Positions 40,669 through 50,648 of a stretch of 64,000 nucleotides of DNA are shown here, piece after piece. A program made the position numbers and the translations under genes. The notes beneath the pieces are model-generated. The model was not told the DNA's origin. It saw only the letters and a program-made list of their open reading frames with translations, and did not search any database. Position 1 is the stretch's first letter, and each line of letters begins with the position of its first letter. The stretch spans positions 20,874-84,873 of the forward strand of contig JAISBU010000027.1 in NCBI GenBank assembly GCA_031266015.1, read 5' to 3'. The stretch comes from Prevotellaceae bacterium. Lineage in GTDB: Bacteria; Bacteroidota; Bacteroidia; Bacteroidales; UBA932.

Positions 40669-41556
40669 TTGATACTTCTTTCCCCCGATAATTTCACCGA
40701 TTACGAGCTCATTGATTGCGGTGAGTTTGAAAAGTTGGAGCGCTTTGGCAGGTACGTTACCCGCAGGCCGGAGCCAAAGGCGGTGTGGCAAAAATCAATG
40801 AGCGAAAAGGAGTGGGCAAAGTTGGCGCACGCCTCTTTTGTTCACGAAAAAGGAGAGCGCAGCAATCCCGATGAGCGTGGCACCTGGTCGGTAAAGCCGG
40901 GAATGCCCGATCGCTGGATTGTCGGTTACAAGCACAACGGCCTCAGCTTTTGCCTTCGTTTAGCGCTTACCTCCTTTAAGCATGTTGGCGTTTTCCCCGA
41001 GCAAGCCTCCAACTGGGACTACATTTACGATGCTTGCAGGCAAATAAAAGGTCAACCCCGGGTGCTGAATCTTTTTGCCTATACAGGCGCTGCCTCGCTG
41101 GCAGCACATGCCGCCGGCGCCGATGTAACTCACCTTGACTCCATAAAGCAAACAGTAACCTGGGCGAATGAAAATCAGCAAGCTAGCCACCTTGATGGTA
41201 TTCGCTGGCTGGTGGACGACGCGCTTAAGTTTGTGCAACGGCATGCCCGTAAAGGCACTAAGTTTAACGGGATTATCCTGGATCCTCCCGCATACGGTCG
41301 TGGCCCCAACGGAGAGCGCTGGTTGTTGAGCGAGGGAATTTTTGACCTGATATCTTGCGTAGAAAAGATGCTGGAGCCAACCAGCTCGTTTTTGGTGATG
41401 AACCTGTACGCTTTAGGCTTGTCGTCTGTAGTTTCGGACACGCTTACGGCAAGCGTATTCGGCAATCCACAGAACCGTCAGAGCGGTGAACTGATAGTTG
41501 AAGACAGCTTTGGAAAAAAGTTGTCGTTGAGCGTATTTACCCGTTTTGTGAGGTAG
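40669..41556 (+). CDS. class I SAM-dependent methyltransferase (RlmI/RlmK-C-like rRNA methyltransferase family)
   Basis: 295 aa, TTG start; ..VLNLFAYTGAAS.. SAM motif; ..IILDPPAYGRGP.. Confidence 0.82.
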   Translation: MILLSPDNFTDYELIDCGEFEKLERFGRYVTRRPEPKAVWQKSMSEKEWAKLAHASFVHEKGERSNPDERGTWSVKPGMPDRWIVGYKHNGLSFCLRLALTSFKHVGVFPEQASNWDYIYDACRQIKGQPRVLNLFAYTGAASLAAHAAGADVTHLDSIKQTVTWANENQQASHLDGIRWLVDDALKFVQRHARKGTKFNGIILDPPAYGRGPNGERWLLSEGIFDLISCVEKMLEPTSSFLVMNLYALGLSSVVSDTLTASVFGNPQNRQSGELIVEDSFGKKLSLSVFTRFVR

Positions 41557-41840
41557 CAAAAAAAGATGCCTCCGAATTTCGGAAGCATCTCTCAAAAAAC
41601 CAATCATGGCAAATAATGGGTTTTTTATCTCGTAAATCAACTCTCTTGTACAAAGATACAAAATTGAACGATGCGCCTTGTTAACAACATGTTAACAACC
41701 CCAAGATTTAGCTTTAGAAGAGCTTAAACGATTGAAAAGCAAGGGGAATTTTTTGGAATATTCCATAACATATAAATTTTGTGAAGTGTCCAAAAATGTG
41801 AAAAAATGTGAAAAAACGTAAGTTTTCGGAAAGATTATCT

Positions 41841-41848
41841 ACCTTTGC
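41841..41848 (+). promoter_or_regulatory. -7 box TACCTTTG for tRNA-Lys
   Basis: 15 nt upstream of the tRNA 5' end. Confidence 0.55.
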
Positions 41849-41862
41849 ACCCTTAAAACCAG

Positions 41863-41938
41863 ACTCCGTAGCTCAGCTGGTAGAGCAAATGACTCTTAAT
41901 CATTGGGCCGAGAGTTCGAATCTCTCCGGGGTCACCAC
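41863..41938 (+). tRNA. tRNA-Lys (anticodon CTT), CCA encoded
   Basis: cloverleaf folded by hand: acceptor GACTCCG/CGGGGTC, anticodon loop CTCTTAA, T-loop TTCGAAT. Confidence 0.93.
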
Positions 41939-41943
41939 AAAAA

Positions 41944-41973
41944 AGGCATCAACAAGTTGTTGATGCCTTTTTG
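41944..41973. terminator. bidirectional terminator between tRNA-Lys and thyA
   Basis: aaggcatcaac aagtt gttgatgcctt, flanked by an A run and a T run. Confidence 0.75.
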
Positions 41974-41997
41974 CTTTTCATGCTGTCAAACCGTTTG

Positions 41998-42792
41998 CTA
42001 GACAGCAATCGGCGCCTTTATTCCGGGATAGGGGTCGTAGTTTTTCAGCACAAAATCTTCGTATTTGAAATCGAAAATGGACTTCACTTCAGGGTTGATT
42101 TTCATGGTTGGCAACGTCCTCGGCTCTCGCTGAAGTTGCGCTTTTGCCTGTTGTAAGTGATTGATATACAAGTGAGTATCGCCCAGTGTGTGTACAAATT
42201 CGCTGGGTTTAAGTCCGCACACCTGCGCCATCATCATGGTGAGCAGCGCGTAAGAGGCAATGTTGAAAGGCACGCCTAAAAATGTATCGGCGCTGCGTTG
42301 GTAAAGCTGACAGGAGAGCTTACCGTTAGCCACGTAAAACTGAAACATGGTGTGGCATGGAGGCAGGGCCATGTGGTCAACTTCGGCTACATTCCATGCG
42401 CTTACAATGTGTCGACGAGAGTCGGGATTTTCCTTTATTGATTTTACCACGTGAGCAATTTGATCTACATGACCGCCGTTTGAAGTCGGCCAGCTACGCC
42501 ACTGGTAGCCGTACACGTGCCCAAGATCGCCGTTGGCATCGGCCCACTCATCCCAAATGGTTACGCCATGATCGTTGAGATATTTTACGTTGGTATCGCC
42601 ATTTAAAAACCAAAGCAGCTCGTATATAATGGATTTAAGGTGCAGCTTCTTTGTGGTAAGCAGCGGAAAGCCTTGTTGCAAGTCAAACCGCATTTGGCGC
42701 CCGAAAACGCTGATGGTTCCGGTTCCTGTGCGATCGGATTTTTCTACTCCCGTATCTAAAATGTGCTGTAGTAAGTTGAGGTATTGTTTCAT
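41998..42792 (-). CDS. thyA: thymidylate synthase (ThyA type)
   Basis: 264 aa; [19 protein letters not shown]..; active-site ..LPPCH.. Confidence 0.97.
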   Translation of the reverse strand: MKQYLNLLQHILDTGVEKSDRTGTGTISVFGRQMRFDLQQGFPLLTTKKLHLKSIIYELLWFLNGDTNVKYLNDHGVTIWDEWADANGDLGHVYGYQWRSWPTSNGGHVDQIAHVVKSIKENPDSRRHIVSAWNVAEVDHMALPPCHTMFQFYVANGKLSCQLYQRSADTFLGVPFNIASYALLTMMMAQVCGLKPSEFVHTLGDTHLYINHLQQAKAQLQREPRTLPTMKINPEVKSIFDFKYEDFVLKNYDPYPGIKAPIAV

Positions 42793-43733
42793 ATTTTGAC
42801 TTTCGTAAGATTTTGTTTGCTATGTATCCATATTTCTAACCGCCGCTCCCACACCACCGGTATTGTTAAGATTATTCGCAAAAACAGCATCCAAAAGAGC
42901 GAGGCGCCAATGCTGAAAAATAGTAGTAAGTCTTCAACATTGCTATGTGACACGGCTACGTGGTGGTTAAGTAAATCCGCCTCTTGCTTGGTTACCCGCC
43001 CGCTTTCACGCTCCTCTATCATAACCGCCGCTCCGTAAGCTAATCCAAGAGTTTGTGTAACTATCCATAAAAAAGAGGTGGGTCGAGGTAACCCAAAGAG
43101 AGCCATCAGCGGGTGAAGCAACGTTGATATCCAACGTATGGCGCCCAAGTCTGAAAGAATACGTTGTGCGACGGTTAGCGATACTATAATGCAAAACATT
43201 TTCACTACCAGCATAAGTGTAGATAGCGCCCAAAAAGCGAGTGTGTCTGCAATGTTGGGGAATGGAGCAAAGCCGACAGCGTTTGCAATATAGTTTTCAT
43301 GTGCCGGAGGTAGAACGGCATTGAGTATGAAGGCGGAAGTTAATGCTGTTGCTATTCTTACTACAACCATCCGTATGGCCGGAGACCCTGTTTTTTTCTG
43401 TATGGCAGTTTCAATAATCAGGTTATGGGCGCAGAGACACATAAGCGCCAATATAGTTATGGAGCGTGAGTCAAACCCCATGCTTACAATTGTTGCTATG
43501 GCTGCGTAAATATTTACGAGCGCTCCTGTTATGAAAACCAGAGCGGCTCTACCATCCAAGCCAACAAGCTTGAATACGGGAGTAAACCAGCTGGATATCA
43601 GGGGTATTACTCCAAAATGCTGGAGCAGAGTTACGGCAAGAGAAATAATAACGGTAAGCCGGATCATCCACCATGCGGTTTTAAGGGCAGAGCGAAATCC
43701 GGCAAGGGCAGCTGTTTTTATTTGTGAGAGCAT
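42789..43733 (-). CDS. nucleoside-recognition (Gate) domain membrane protein
   Basis: 314 aa polytopic protein; ATGA overlap with thyA. Confidence 0.8.
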   Translation of the reverse strand: MLSQIKTAALAGFRSALKTAWWMIRLTVIISLAVTLLQHFGVIPLISSWFTPVFKLVGLDGRAALVFITGALVNIYAAIATIVSMGFDSRSITILALMCLCAHNLIIETAIQKKTGSPAIRMVVVRIATALTSAFILNAVLPPAHENYIANAVGFAPFPNIADTLAFWALSTLMLVVKMFCIIVSLTVAQRILSDLGAIRWISTLLHPLMALFGLPRPTSFLWIVTQTLGLAYGAAVMIEERESGRVTKQEADLLNHHVAVSHSNVEDLLLFFSIGASLFWMLFLRIILTIPVVWERRLEIWIHSKQNLTKVKI

Positions 43734-43764
43734 GGCGCTTATGATTTGTTCTTGCAGCAGAGTT

Positions 43765-44505
43765 TTATCCCTTGAACTCTTTTAGTTCGATATTGTTGCC
43801 GTCAAATTCGGCATATGTGCAACCGGTGATCCAATCGCTAAGGATAAGCAGCTTTGCTCTGTTTGGCAAGTCCATTTGTACCGGAGTATGGCGATGTCCG
43901 AAAATGAAGTAGTCTACCTTGCTGCGCTCTGCCATTTTTGTGGCTAGCCGGAACAGAAGTTCATCTTTGCCTCGCCACGGAGTGGAAACTTCTTTACTCA
44001 ATCGGCTGTGCTTGCTCCACGTATACCCAAAGGCAAGCCCCCATCGTGGATGTATGGTAGAGTATAGCCATTGTAAAAAGCGGTTGGCAAACACTCGTTG
44101 CAGCATTGTAGGCTTTACCTCAATGCCGTTTCCTAATCTATCGCCATGGGCCAAAAAGAATATTTTGTTGCCAATGGTTATTTCTTCGGGTTTGTGGTAT
44201 ATTTTTACGCTGCACTCGTATGCCAGATAGTTTTTTATCCACAGGTCGTGGTTGCCGACAAAGAAGTGGATGTTTACTCCGGAATCGGTCAACTCGGCCA
44301 GCTTGCCCAAAAAGCGTACGTAACCTTTTGGGACAACATATTTGTACTCCCACCAGAAATCAAACACATCACCAAGAAGGTAAATGTCGCCGGCGGTGTT
44401 TTTTACGGAATCCAAAAAGCGCACCACCTTTTTTTCACGTTCCGCTGGATTATACAAGGGCAACCCCAGATGCATATCCGATAAAAAATAGGTGTGCTTT
44501 TGCAT
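43765..44505 (-). CDS. lpxH: UDP-2,3-diacylglucosamine diphosphatase
   Basis: 246 aa; metallophosphoesterase motifs SDMHLG, GDVFDFW, GNHD, GHRH. Confidence 0.9.
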   Translation of the reverse strand: MQKHTYFLSDMHLGLPLYNPAEREKKVVRFLDSVKNTAGDIYLLGDVFDFWWEYKYVVPKGYVRFLGKLAELTDSGVNIHFFVGNHDLWIKNYLAYECSVKIYHKPEEITIGNKIFFLAHGDRLGNGIEVKPTMLQRVFANRFLQWLYSTIHPRWGLAFGYTWSKHSRLSKEVSTPWRGKDELLFRLATKMAERSKVDYFIFGHRHTPVQMDLPNRAKLLILSDWITGCTYAEFDGNNIELKEFKG

Positions 44506-44509
44506 GGTT

Positions 44510-46141
44510 TTATCCGTTCTTTTTTCTGAATGTAATGCTCAACGTGTACAACCCGATAAGTATGGACAGCATGCTGGCTATACGAGCCGCTGCATCACCC
44601 GTGCGCACGTAAGGGGTACTATGCGAGTTGGTATTTATGGTTCCGGAAATTGCTGCACGTACCCACCAGTCGGTATGCTGTTCAATTTGTCCTCGTTGGT
44701 TTATGATGGCAGATATTCCGGTATTGGCGCTACGTGCTATGCTGCGGCGGGTTTCAATGGCACGCAAGCTGGCGTAGTGCAAATGTTGCCGGTAGCCGGG
44801 GGTATTACGCCACCAGCCGTCATTGGTAATAATGAACATCAGGTTTGCACCTTTTTGCACATATTCGGCGTAGTATTCTCCAAAAATAGATTCGTAACAA
44901 ATTGCAACTCCGGGTTTGAATTTGCTGCTATCGTTACCAAAAATGCTTCGCTCCGGCTGTGTTCCCAAACCTCCGGCGGTGCCTCCCAAATTAATAGCCA
45001 GCGTGTTTAAAAGCTTAAGATACTTAGGGTAGGGCAGCATTTCAACACCAACCACCAGCTTTGATTTATGGTAGGTCTCAACAACGGGTGAGGTGTCAAT
45101 TTGCAGAGCGGAATTGTATATGTCGTAAAAGTAGGGAGCGTCCTGAAACTGCCGTGCTGTGGGCGAAAGTTTCTCATTTTCCTCGTACTGGTAAAGCGTG
45201 GTTGCTCCGGTAATAAACTTTACCCGAGGACGCTGCTCGCAAAATTTGCGCAAGCGTAATACAATATGATGCTGCGCGAGTGTGTTTTCCCACATGCTTC
45301 CCTCAAAAGCGGTTTCCGGCGCTATAACGTAGTCTGTTTCGACTGTTAAGCTGCTATCCGCCAGCGCTAAAATTATATTGCGCTGCTGATGGTAGTTGCG
45401 TTTGTTGAACTTTTCGGTGTAGGGATCAATATTAGGTTGCAGGATGGCAACATGGCAAGGCGAACCTTGTTCTTTATAGGTATAATACCTTATTAAAGAG
45501 TATGTTATAGGAGTTGCAATGAGTAAAGCTATAAGGCAAAGTTGAGCTGTTGGCGAGAACAAGAAAACCCATTTACCGGAGGATTTTTGTCGTTGTACTT
45601 CGCCTTTTCTCTGCAAAGAATACTTTTGCAACAGGTTGAATAACAACACGTTTATCAGCAAAATCCAGAGAGATCCGCCAAGCGTACCCACCAGTTCGTA
45701 CCACTGTATAAGCGCGATATCTTTTGCCAGTCCGTTACCCAACGTTAGCCATGGCCACGATATTTCCGCGTTGAGGTAAAAATACTCCCATGTAACCCAA
45801 AAGGCAACAAGTGCGGTATACCCGACAGGCGGCGATGTCTTCTTTTTTACCCAACGAGCGAGCATAAAGACGAACGTCATTTGTGCTGTGTTGGCTGTTA
45901 TGGCAAACAGCATACCTCCCACGGTAGCATGCATAATCCACCAGGTGGTTGCAGCATTCCAAACGAAAAAACAAAGGGCAACGTAGCGCCACAAACCTCT
46001 TTTGTTTACCTGCGTATGCTGCTGTTCAACAAGCAGCAGCGGCACAAAGGCTATAAGCAGCAGCAGTCCCGAAAAACTCTCGAACCAGGGAAGGCTGAGC
46101 AGCAGCGCGCTGAGTAAGGTGAGTATGAGATGTCGTTTCAT
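44510..46141 (-). CDS. lnt: apolipoprotein N-acyltransferase
   Basis: start at MKRHLILTLL (46141); N-terminal TM bundle plus C-terminal nitrilase-like domain (..ICYESIF..). Confidence 0.9.
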   Translation of the reverse strand: MKRHLILTLLSALLLSLPWFESFSGLLLLIAFVPLLLVEQQHTQVNKRGLWRYVALCFFVWNAATTWWIMHATVGGMLFAITANTAQMTFVFMLARWVKKKTSPPVGYTALVAFWVTWEYFYLNAEISWPWLTLGNGLAKDIALIQWYELVGTLGGSLWILLINVLLFNLLQKYSLQRKGEVQRQKSSGKWVFLFSPTAQLCLIALLIATPITYSLIRYYTYKEQGSPCHVAILQPNIDPYTEKFNKRNYHQQRNIILALADSSLTVETDYVIAPETAFEGSMWENTLAQHHIVLRLRKFCEQRPRVKFITGATTLYQYEENEKLSPTARQFQDAPYFYDIYNSALQIDTSPVVETYHKSKLVVGVEMLPYPKYLKLLNTLAINLGGTAGGLGTQPERSIFGNDSSKFKPGVAICYESIFGEYYAEYVQKGANLMFIITNDGWWRNTPGYRQHLHYASLRAIETRRSIARSANTGISAIINQRGQIEQHTDWWVRAAISGTINTNSHSTPYVRTGDAAARIASMLSILIGLYTLSITFRKKNG

Positions 46142-46221
46142 GCAATAATTACAGGAAGCAAAGATAAGCAATATTGCCCTAGTTTTTTTATGCCCCCAAC
46201 CTATGGCGTCAACAAAATTGT

Positions 46222-46229
46222 TAACTTTG
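46222..46229 (+). promoter_or_regulatory. -7 box TAACTTTG upstream of the LysE-family gene
   Basis: TAnnTTTG; argues for a GTG start at 46253 or 46262. Confidence 0.4.
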
Positions 46230-46252
46230 TCGACTATTGTTACCACCAAATC

Positions 46253-46903
46253 GTGTTTCGAGTGGACTACGTTTTTCTCTTTTTTACGGGCATTCTCATC
46301 GGGATACTCTCTTCGGCGCCGCTAGGTCCGGCGGGAGTGTTGTGCATTCAGCGCACGCTCAACCGTGGCCGGCTCAACGGGTTTTTTTCGGGGGTAGGGG
46401 TTGCCTTGGCCGATACCATTTTTGCCATAGTTGCGGTATACAGCCTGTCAAAGGTGCAGGTTTTTGTACAGGAAATGAGTGCGCTGCTGTGGCTGGCCGT
46501 TGGTACAATAGTGGTTATCGTAGGGGGAAAAATTATGCTGACCGACCCCGTAAAGCAGCTGCGTGCTAAGGGCAAGCAGCAAAATAGCCTTTTTGGCGCG
46601 CTCATTTCCATATTTCTTCTCACCATCAACCCCATTAACCTGCTCCCGGTGCTGTCTTTTACGGGCTTGTTTCTGCACCGGAACTTGGATACGGTTTGGT
46701 CTGGCCCTACGGTGGTATTTGGCGTACTGTGCGGCGCCCTCATTTGGTGGTTGTTCTTAACCACGCTGGTTGCACATTACCGTAAGCACTTTAAGCTGCG
46801 CCAAATGTGGTGGATAAATAAGATTTCGGGCGCAATTATTCTTTTTCTTGGTGCGCTGGCCATTATTAGAGCCATGGTTGGCATCATTGCCGCCGCGCTT
46901 TGA
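46253..46903 (+). CDS. LysE/RhtB-family amino-acid exporter
   Basis: ..SAPLGPAGVLCIQRTL..G..ALAD.. family pattern; start uncertain (GTG 46253 or 46262; the longest ORF starts at 46130 and overlaps lnt). Confidence 0.8.
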   Translation: MFRVDYVFLFFTGILIGILSSAPLGPAGVLCIQRTLNRGRLNGFFSGVGVALADTIFAIVAVYSLSKVQVFVQEMSALLWLAVGTIVVIVGGKIMLTDPVKQLRAKGKQQNSLFGALISIFLLTINPINLLPVLSFTGLFLHRNLDTVWSGPTVVFGVLCGALIWWLFLTTLVAHYRKHFKLRQMWWINKISGAIILFLGALAIIRAMVGIIAAAL

Positions 46904-46920
46904 CCATGTACTTGTATAAT

Positions 46921-47383
46921 TGCCGATTGATGATTTACCGGTGCGAGAGGGTTGTCATGCTAAGCCTATCGGAGGGGTGCGGTGAGAAGGCTTTTGAGTC
47001 GCTTACCTAAATAACGTCATTGCGGGCTCCAACCCGCAATCCCGTCAGCATCAGAGATTTCTCTACGCGCCCGCTCGTTCCTCGTGCGCTTGGTCGAAAT
47101 GACGGTACTGTTGTTGGAGTGGGGGGTTGAGCGGCGGCAGCGCCGCCGCTCAACCCCTTTTTCCTTACCGCCGCCTCGTCATTCCGACCGAAGCGTAGCG
47201 GAGTGGAGGAATCTCCTCCCTCGTCATTCCGACTCCCTCGACTTCGCTCGGGGCAAGTTTCGCAAAGCGGAGTGGAGGAATCTTGCTGCGCCACACCGTT
47301 GGCGAAGCCAACTTTCGGTTCTACAGGCGCAACATGACAACCCTCTCGCACCGGTCAATTGTAAATCGTCAAGAATAAATCAT
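46921..47383. mobile_element. non-coding compound MITE/REP-like element with 23-nt perfect terminal inverted repeats
   Basis: accggtgcgagagggttgtcatg at 46937-46959 is the exact reverse complement of 47333-47355; internal modules are shared with 3721-4136 and 63899-63965. Confidence 0.6.
47123..47157. repeat. GC-rich perfect palindrome (16-bp stem) at the centre of the compound element
   Basis: ggggttgagcggcggc agc gccgccgctcaacccc. Confidence 0.9.
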
Positions 47384-47426
47384 AACAACAAGCCCTTTAA
47401 AACGATGTTTTAAAGGGCTTGTTGTT
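47384..47426 (-). terminator. perfect 20-bp hairpin downstream of mdh
   Basis: aacaacaagccctttaaaac gat gttttaaagggcttgttgtt. Confidence 0.75.
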
Positions 47427-47444
47427 TGCGAAAATCGCACTTGA

Positions 47445-48389
47445 TTAGAATAGCTTCATGCCGTCCATAACGTCCATAACGTCTTTTACAGCCTTTACTG
47501 AGTTGTCGAAATCCTTGCGCTCTTCGGCGTTTAGCTCCACCTCAATAATTTGCTCAATGCCATCCTTGCCCAACTTTACCGGAGCTCCAACGAATACATC
47601 TTTTACGCCATACTCGCCGTTCAGCTTCACGCAACAGGGGAAAATACGCCTTTGGTCGCGCATGATGGCCTCAACCATTTGTGCGGCAGCCGATCCCGGT
47701 GCATACCAGGCAGAAGTGCCCATAAGCTTGACAAGCTCGCCGCCGCCGTTCTTTGTACGCTCAATGATAGCGTCCAGCTTATCCTTAGCGATAAGCTGCG
47801 TTACCGGAATGCCCGAAACGGTGGTGTAGCGCGGTAGCGGAACCATGCTGTCGCCATGACCGCCCATCAGCAAGGCCTGAATGTCTTTTGGATTGCAGCC
47901 AAGCGCCTCCGCCAAAAATGCGCGGTAGCGTGCGGTATCCAGGATGCCGGCCATACCCATCACCTTGTTTGACTTAACCTTTGCTGCCAGGTAAGTGCAG
48001 TAAGTCATTACGTCAAGCGGGTTGCTCACCACAATAATGATTGCGTTCGGCGAATGCTTTACAACGCTCTCGGTTACTGATTTTACGATTCCTGCGTTTA
48101 CAGAAATCAGGTCGTCACGGCTCATACCCGGTTTGCGCGGCAGGCCTGAGGTAATAACTACTACGTCTGAATTTGCGGTACGGGCGTAGTCATTGGTAAC
48201 TCCTACCGTACGGCTGTCGTAGTGGTTTATGGGAGCTGTTTGCCACAAATCAAGGGCTTTGCCTTCGGCTACGCCTTCCTTAATGTCAAGAAGCACCACT
48301 TCATTGGCCAACTCACGTTGCGCACAGATTTGGGCGCAGGTGGCGCCCACGCTACCGGCTCCAACCACGGTAACTTTTGTTGTGTTCAT
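47445..48389 (-). CDS. mdh: malate dehydrogenase (LDH-like MDH)
   Basis: 314 aa; VTVVGAGSVGATCA Rossmann motif; ..GLPRKPGMSRDDL.. Confidence 0.95.
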   Translation of the reverse strand: MNTTKVTVVGAGSVGATCAQICAQRELANEVVLLDIKEGVAEGKALDLWQTAPINHYDSRTVGVTNDYARTANSDVVVITSGLPRKPGMSRDDLISVNAGIVKSVTESVVKHSPNAIIIVVSNPLDVMTYCTYLAAKVKSNKVMGMAGILDTARYRAFLAEALGCNPKDIQALLMGGHGDSMVPLPRYTTVSGIPVTQLIAKDKLDAIIERTKNGGGELVKLMGTSAWYAPGSAAAQMVEAIMRDQRRIFPCCVKLNGEYGVKDVFVGAPVKLGKDGIEQIIEVELNAEERKDFDNSVKAVKDVMDVMDGMKLF

Positions 48390-48436
48390 AGTTTTTTTGT
48401 TTTATGATAAATGTTAGGATAACTCACAAATTGGCG

Positions 48437-48444
48437 CAAATATA
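48437..48444 (-). promoter_or_regulatory. -7 box TATATTTG (minus strand) upstream of mdh
   Basis: CAAATATA on the plus strand, 48 nt upstream of the ATG at 48389. Confidence 0.45.
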
Positions 48445-48615
48445 CGAACAAAGCGGAATCTTGCCGAGTTTTTTTGTGAGAAAAAGGACGTTTTTTTCTT
48501 AACAATGCCATTGTTGCTCCTGTGGGGTGCGCACACACACGATACGGCCCGGTTGTTCATCCGAATATTGGCTGACCGGGCTTGGTGTTGAAAATGTAGC
48601 TTAGAGCAGGTTGGA

Positions 48616-49818
48616 TTAACTCCTGTTTTTCAAAAGAAAGTGCGCGGGAATACTTGCAGCAAGGTAGCCGATAAGCGCTACAGCGGCCAGCACTAAAATA
48701 ATATCGCTTGCCTGTATGGATACGGGATAGGCATTAACTACAAAATTGCCGTTGAGTTTCAGGAATTTGAAATGCACCTGTGCCAGGCAGGTAAGTACTC
48801 CCAGTGCAATACCGGTCAGGCAGCCAAGTAAGGAAATCATTACGCCTTCTGTAACGAAAATCTTACGAATCAGCTTGTCTTGTGCGCCCAGCGTATCAAG
48901 CGTTTTAATGTCCTTTTTCTTTTCAATGATGAGCATGGTTAGCGAGCCTATTGAGTTGAAGGATGCTATGAGCAACACGAAGGACAGAATGAAAAATATA
49001 GCCCACTTTTCACCCTGCATCATGCGGAAAAGCGTTTCGTTTTGCTCGGCTTTGTTTTGTATAATGTACTTATTTCCAAGCATTTCCCGTATGTTCTTCT
49101 GTACATTTTTTGTAGCTGCTTTTGGCGATAAGTACAGGTCAACACTTGATACTTCATCATTGTACTGCAATAGCTCTTGAGCGAACCTAAGCGGCACAAA
49201 AACGTACTTGGAGTCGGCCTCCATTTCTATGGTAAAAACAGCCGAAGGTCTTAGATAATCCCGATTGAAGGCCGTCATGGGGTCGAGCAGCTGAGGCTTA
49301 CCTCGCTTTGGAAGATATACCCACAGCAACTCTATAAATTGCGGCCGCAATTCCAACTTTTCTGCAATTACTCTTCCTACCATAGCCATATTGAGATCGC
49401 CCCTTGTGAGTGTGGGCTTGCCTTCCCAGATGTGTTGCGCTATGCCGGATTGTGTAACGAAGATGCTATCAACTCCACGTATGGCGGCTAAGTGCTGCAG
49501 ATTGCCGTACTTAAGCAGGGCGTTTTCTTCCAACGCCCCGGAGAAATAGGCTACTCCGTTCATCTTTTTTATAGCCTCAAATTCGGAGGTGTTAGGGTTG
49601 AATACTTTCCCTTCAACAGCGGTGATTTTTAAGTCAGGAGCGAGCGTGTCGTACAGCGAGGTTACGAGATTATCAATGCCGTTATAAACCGATAGAATGA
49701 CTATAAGCGCAAATGTGCCTACGGCAACGCCTATGGCGCTTACCAGAGAGATAAGGTTGATAACGTTTTGCGATTTTTTTGCAAAGAGATATCGTTTTGC
49801 TATGAAGAAGGAAAGCAC
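48616..49818 (-). CDS. FtsX-like ABC transporter permease (LolC/E-like)
   Basis: 400 aa; TM1, large periplasmic domain, then a C-terminal 3-TM FtsX domain. Confidence 0.86.
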   Translation of the reverse strand: MLSFFIAKRYLFAKKSQNVINLISLVSAIGVAVGTFALIVILSVYNGIDNLVTSLYDTLAPDLKITAVEGKVFNPNTSEFEAIKKMNGVAYFSGALEENALLKYGNLQHLAAIRGVDSIFVTQSGIAQHIWEGKPTLTRGDLNMAMVGRVIAEKLELRPQFIELLWVYLPKRGKPQLLDPMTAFNRDYLRPSAVFTIEMEADSKYVFVPLRFAQELLQYNDEVSSVDLYLSPKAATKNVQKNIREMLGNKYIIQNKAEQNETLFRMMQGEKWAIFFILSFVLLIASFNSIGSLTMLIIEKKKDIKTLDTLGAQDKLIRKIFVTEGVMISLLGCLTGIALGVLTCLAQVHFKFLKLNGNFVVNAYPVSIQASDIILVLAAVALIGYLAASIPAHFLLKNRS

Positions 49819-49852
49819 GCGAGCAGTTTAAGTTATAAAGGAAATCTGAATT

Positions 49853-50206
49853 TTACTCCTCTGATTTTGTTGGATTTTGTTTTAGCAGTCGCTCAATATT
49901 ATCAACGTAATCCAAAGAAGTATCTATGGTAAAGGTAATCTCAGGAACTATGCGAAGCTGGTTCTTTACGCGCTTGCCAACCTCTGTGCGTATAAGCTTC
50001 GTATTTATGAGCGACATAACAGAATCGGCTTTTGACGAGGGAAATATGCTTAAAAATACTTTGGCAAAACTTAAATCCGGGTTAATATCAACTCCCATGA
50101 CGGTTATTAAAGCGCCATCGTAGGCTTGCATTCCTTGACGTTGAATGATTTCAGCGATATCTTTTTGCAGCTGCTTGCTTACTTTTTGTTGTCTGGTTGT
50201 GGGCAT
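49853..50206 (-). CDS. rbfA: ribosome-binding factor A
   Basis: 117 aa; ..RQQKVSKQLQKDIAEII.. and ..VPEITF..D typical of RbfA. Confidence 0.9.
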   Translation of the reverse strand: MPTTRQQKVSKQLQKDIAEIIQRQGMQAYDGALITVMGVDINPDLSFAKVFLSIFPSSKADSVMSLINTKLIRTEVGKRVKNQLRIVPEITFTIDTSLDYVDNIERLLKQNPTKSEE

Positions 50207-50250
50207 ATATTCTAAATTACAGGTTAAGCAGTTCTAATAGTACAATAGTA

Positions 50251-50258
50251 CAAAGGTA
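50251..50258 (-). promoter_or_regulatory. -7 box TACCTTTG (minus strand) upstream of rbfA
   Basis: CAAAGGTA on the plus strand, 45 nt upstream of the ATG at 50206. Confidence 0.45.
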
Positions 50259-50648
50259 AAACTTTTCGGCATTATCTCTTGGGGACTATCCCTCGCCGGC
50301 AGGGAATGATTGAGCGTGTTGTACTTAAAGTAAAACTTTAGATAATTGTTCCTAAATTAATTGTATAGCTTATTTATCTACTTCAGCTCAGCTAAAATTT
50401 ATAAGTTGGCAGGAGTAATATTTTGGTAAACGGCTCAATTTCGCATCTCCGGACTTTGAATTTGATTTAGCGAAGCGAGGCTTTTATAGAGGACTTATTA
50501 ATTCTTTGATTAAAAGGGTATTGTGTGATATAATAAAAGCGAAACTTCAACTAGAAGCCTCGCTTTTGCATGAAAAGTTGAGTGAAACTACTTTATAGCT
50601 TTGCCAAAGCCTGTTTCTATTTCAAAAACATCAGCTGTCAAATTCTTT

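Noticed and set aside
41795-41818. Direct repeat aatgtgaaaaaatgtgaaaaaacg upstream of tRNA-Lys
   Set aside because: It is a short A-rich duplication in a promoter-upstream region. It could be an UP-like element, but there is no evidence beyond the duplication itself.
47007-47413. ORFs of 114 and 109 aa (and 3730-3945, 71 aa) inside the repeat clusters
   Set aside because: Their sequences (..RHSDRSVAEWRNL..) are just translations of the REP-like modules in both orientations. They have no start context and overlap each other.
47462-47483. Tandem cgtccataa repeat
   Set aside because: It lies inside the mdh 3' end and encodes ..MDVMDVMDGM... This is a trivial in-frame 9-nt duplication.
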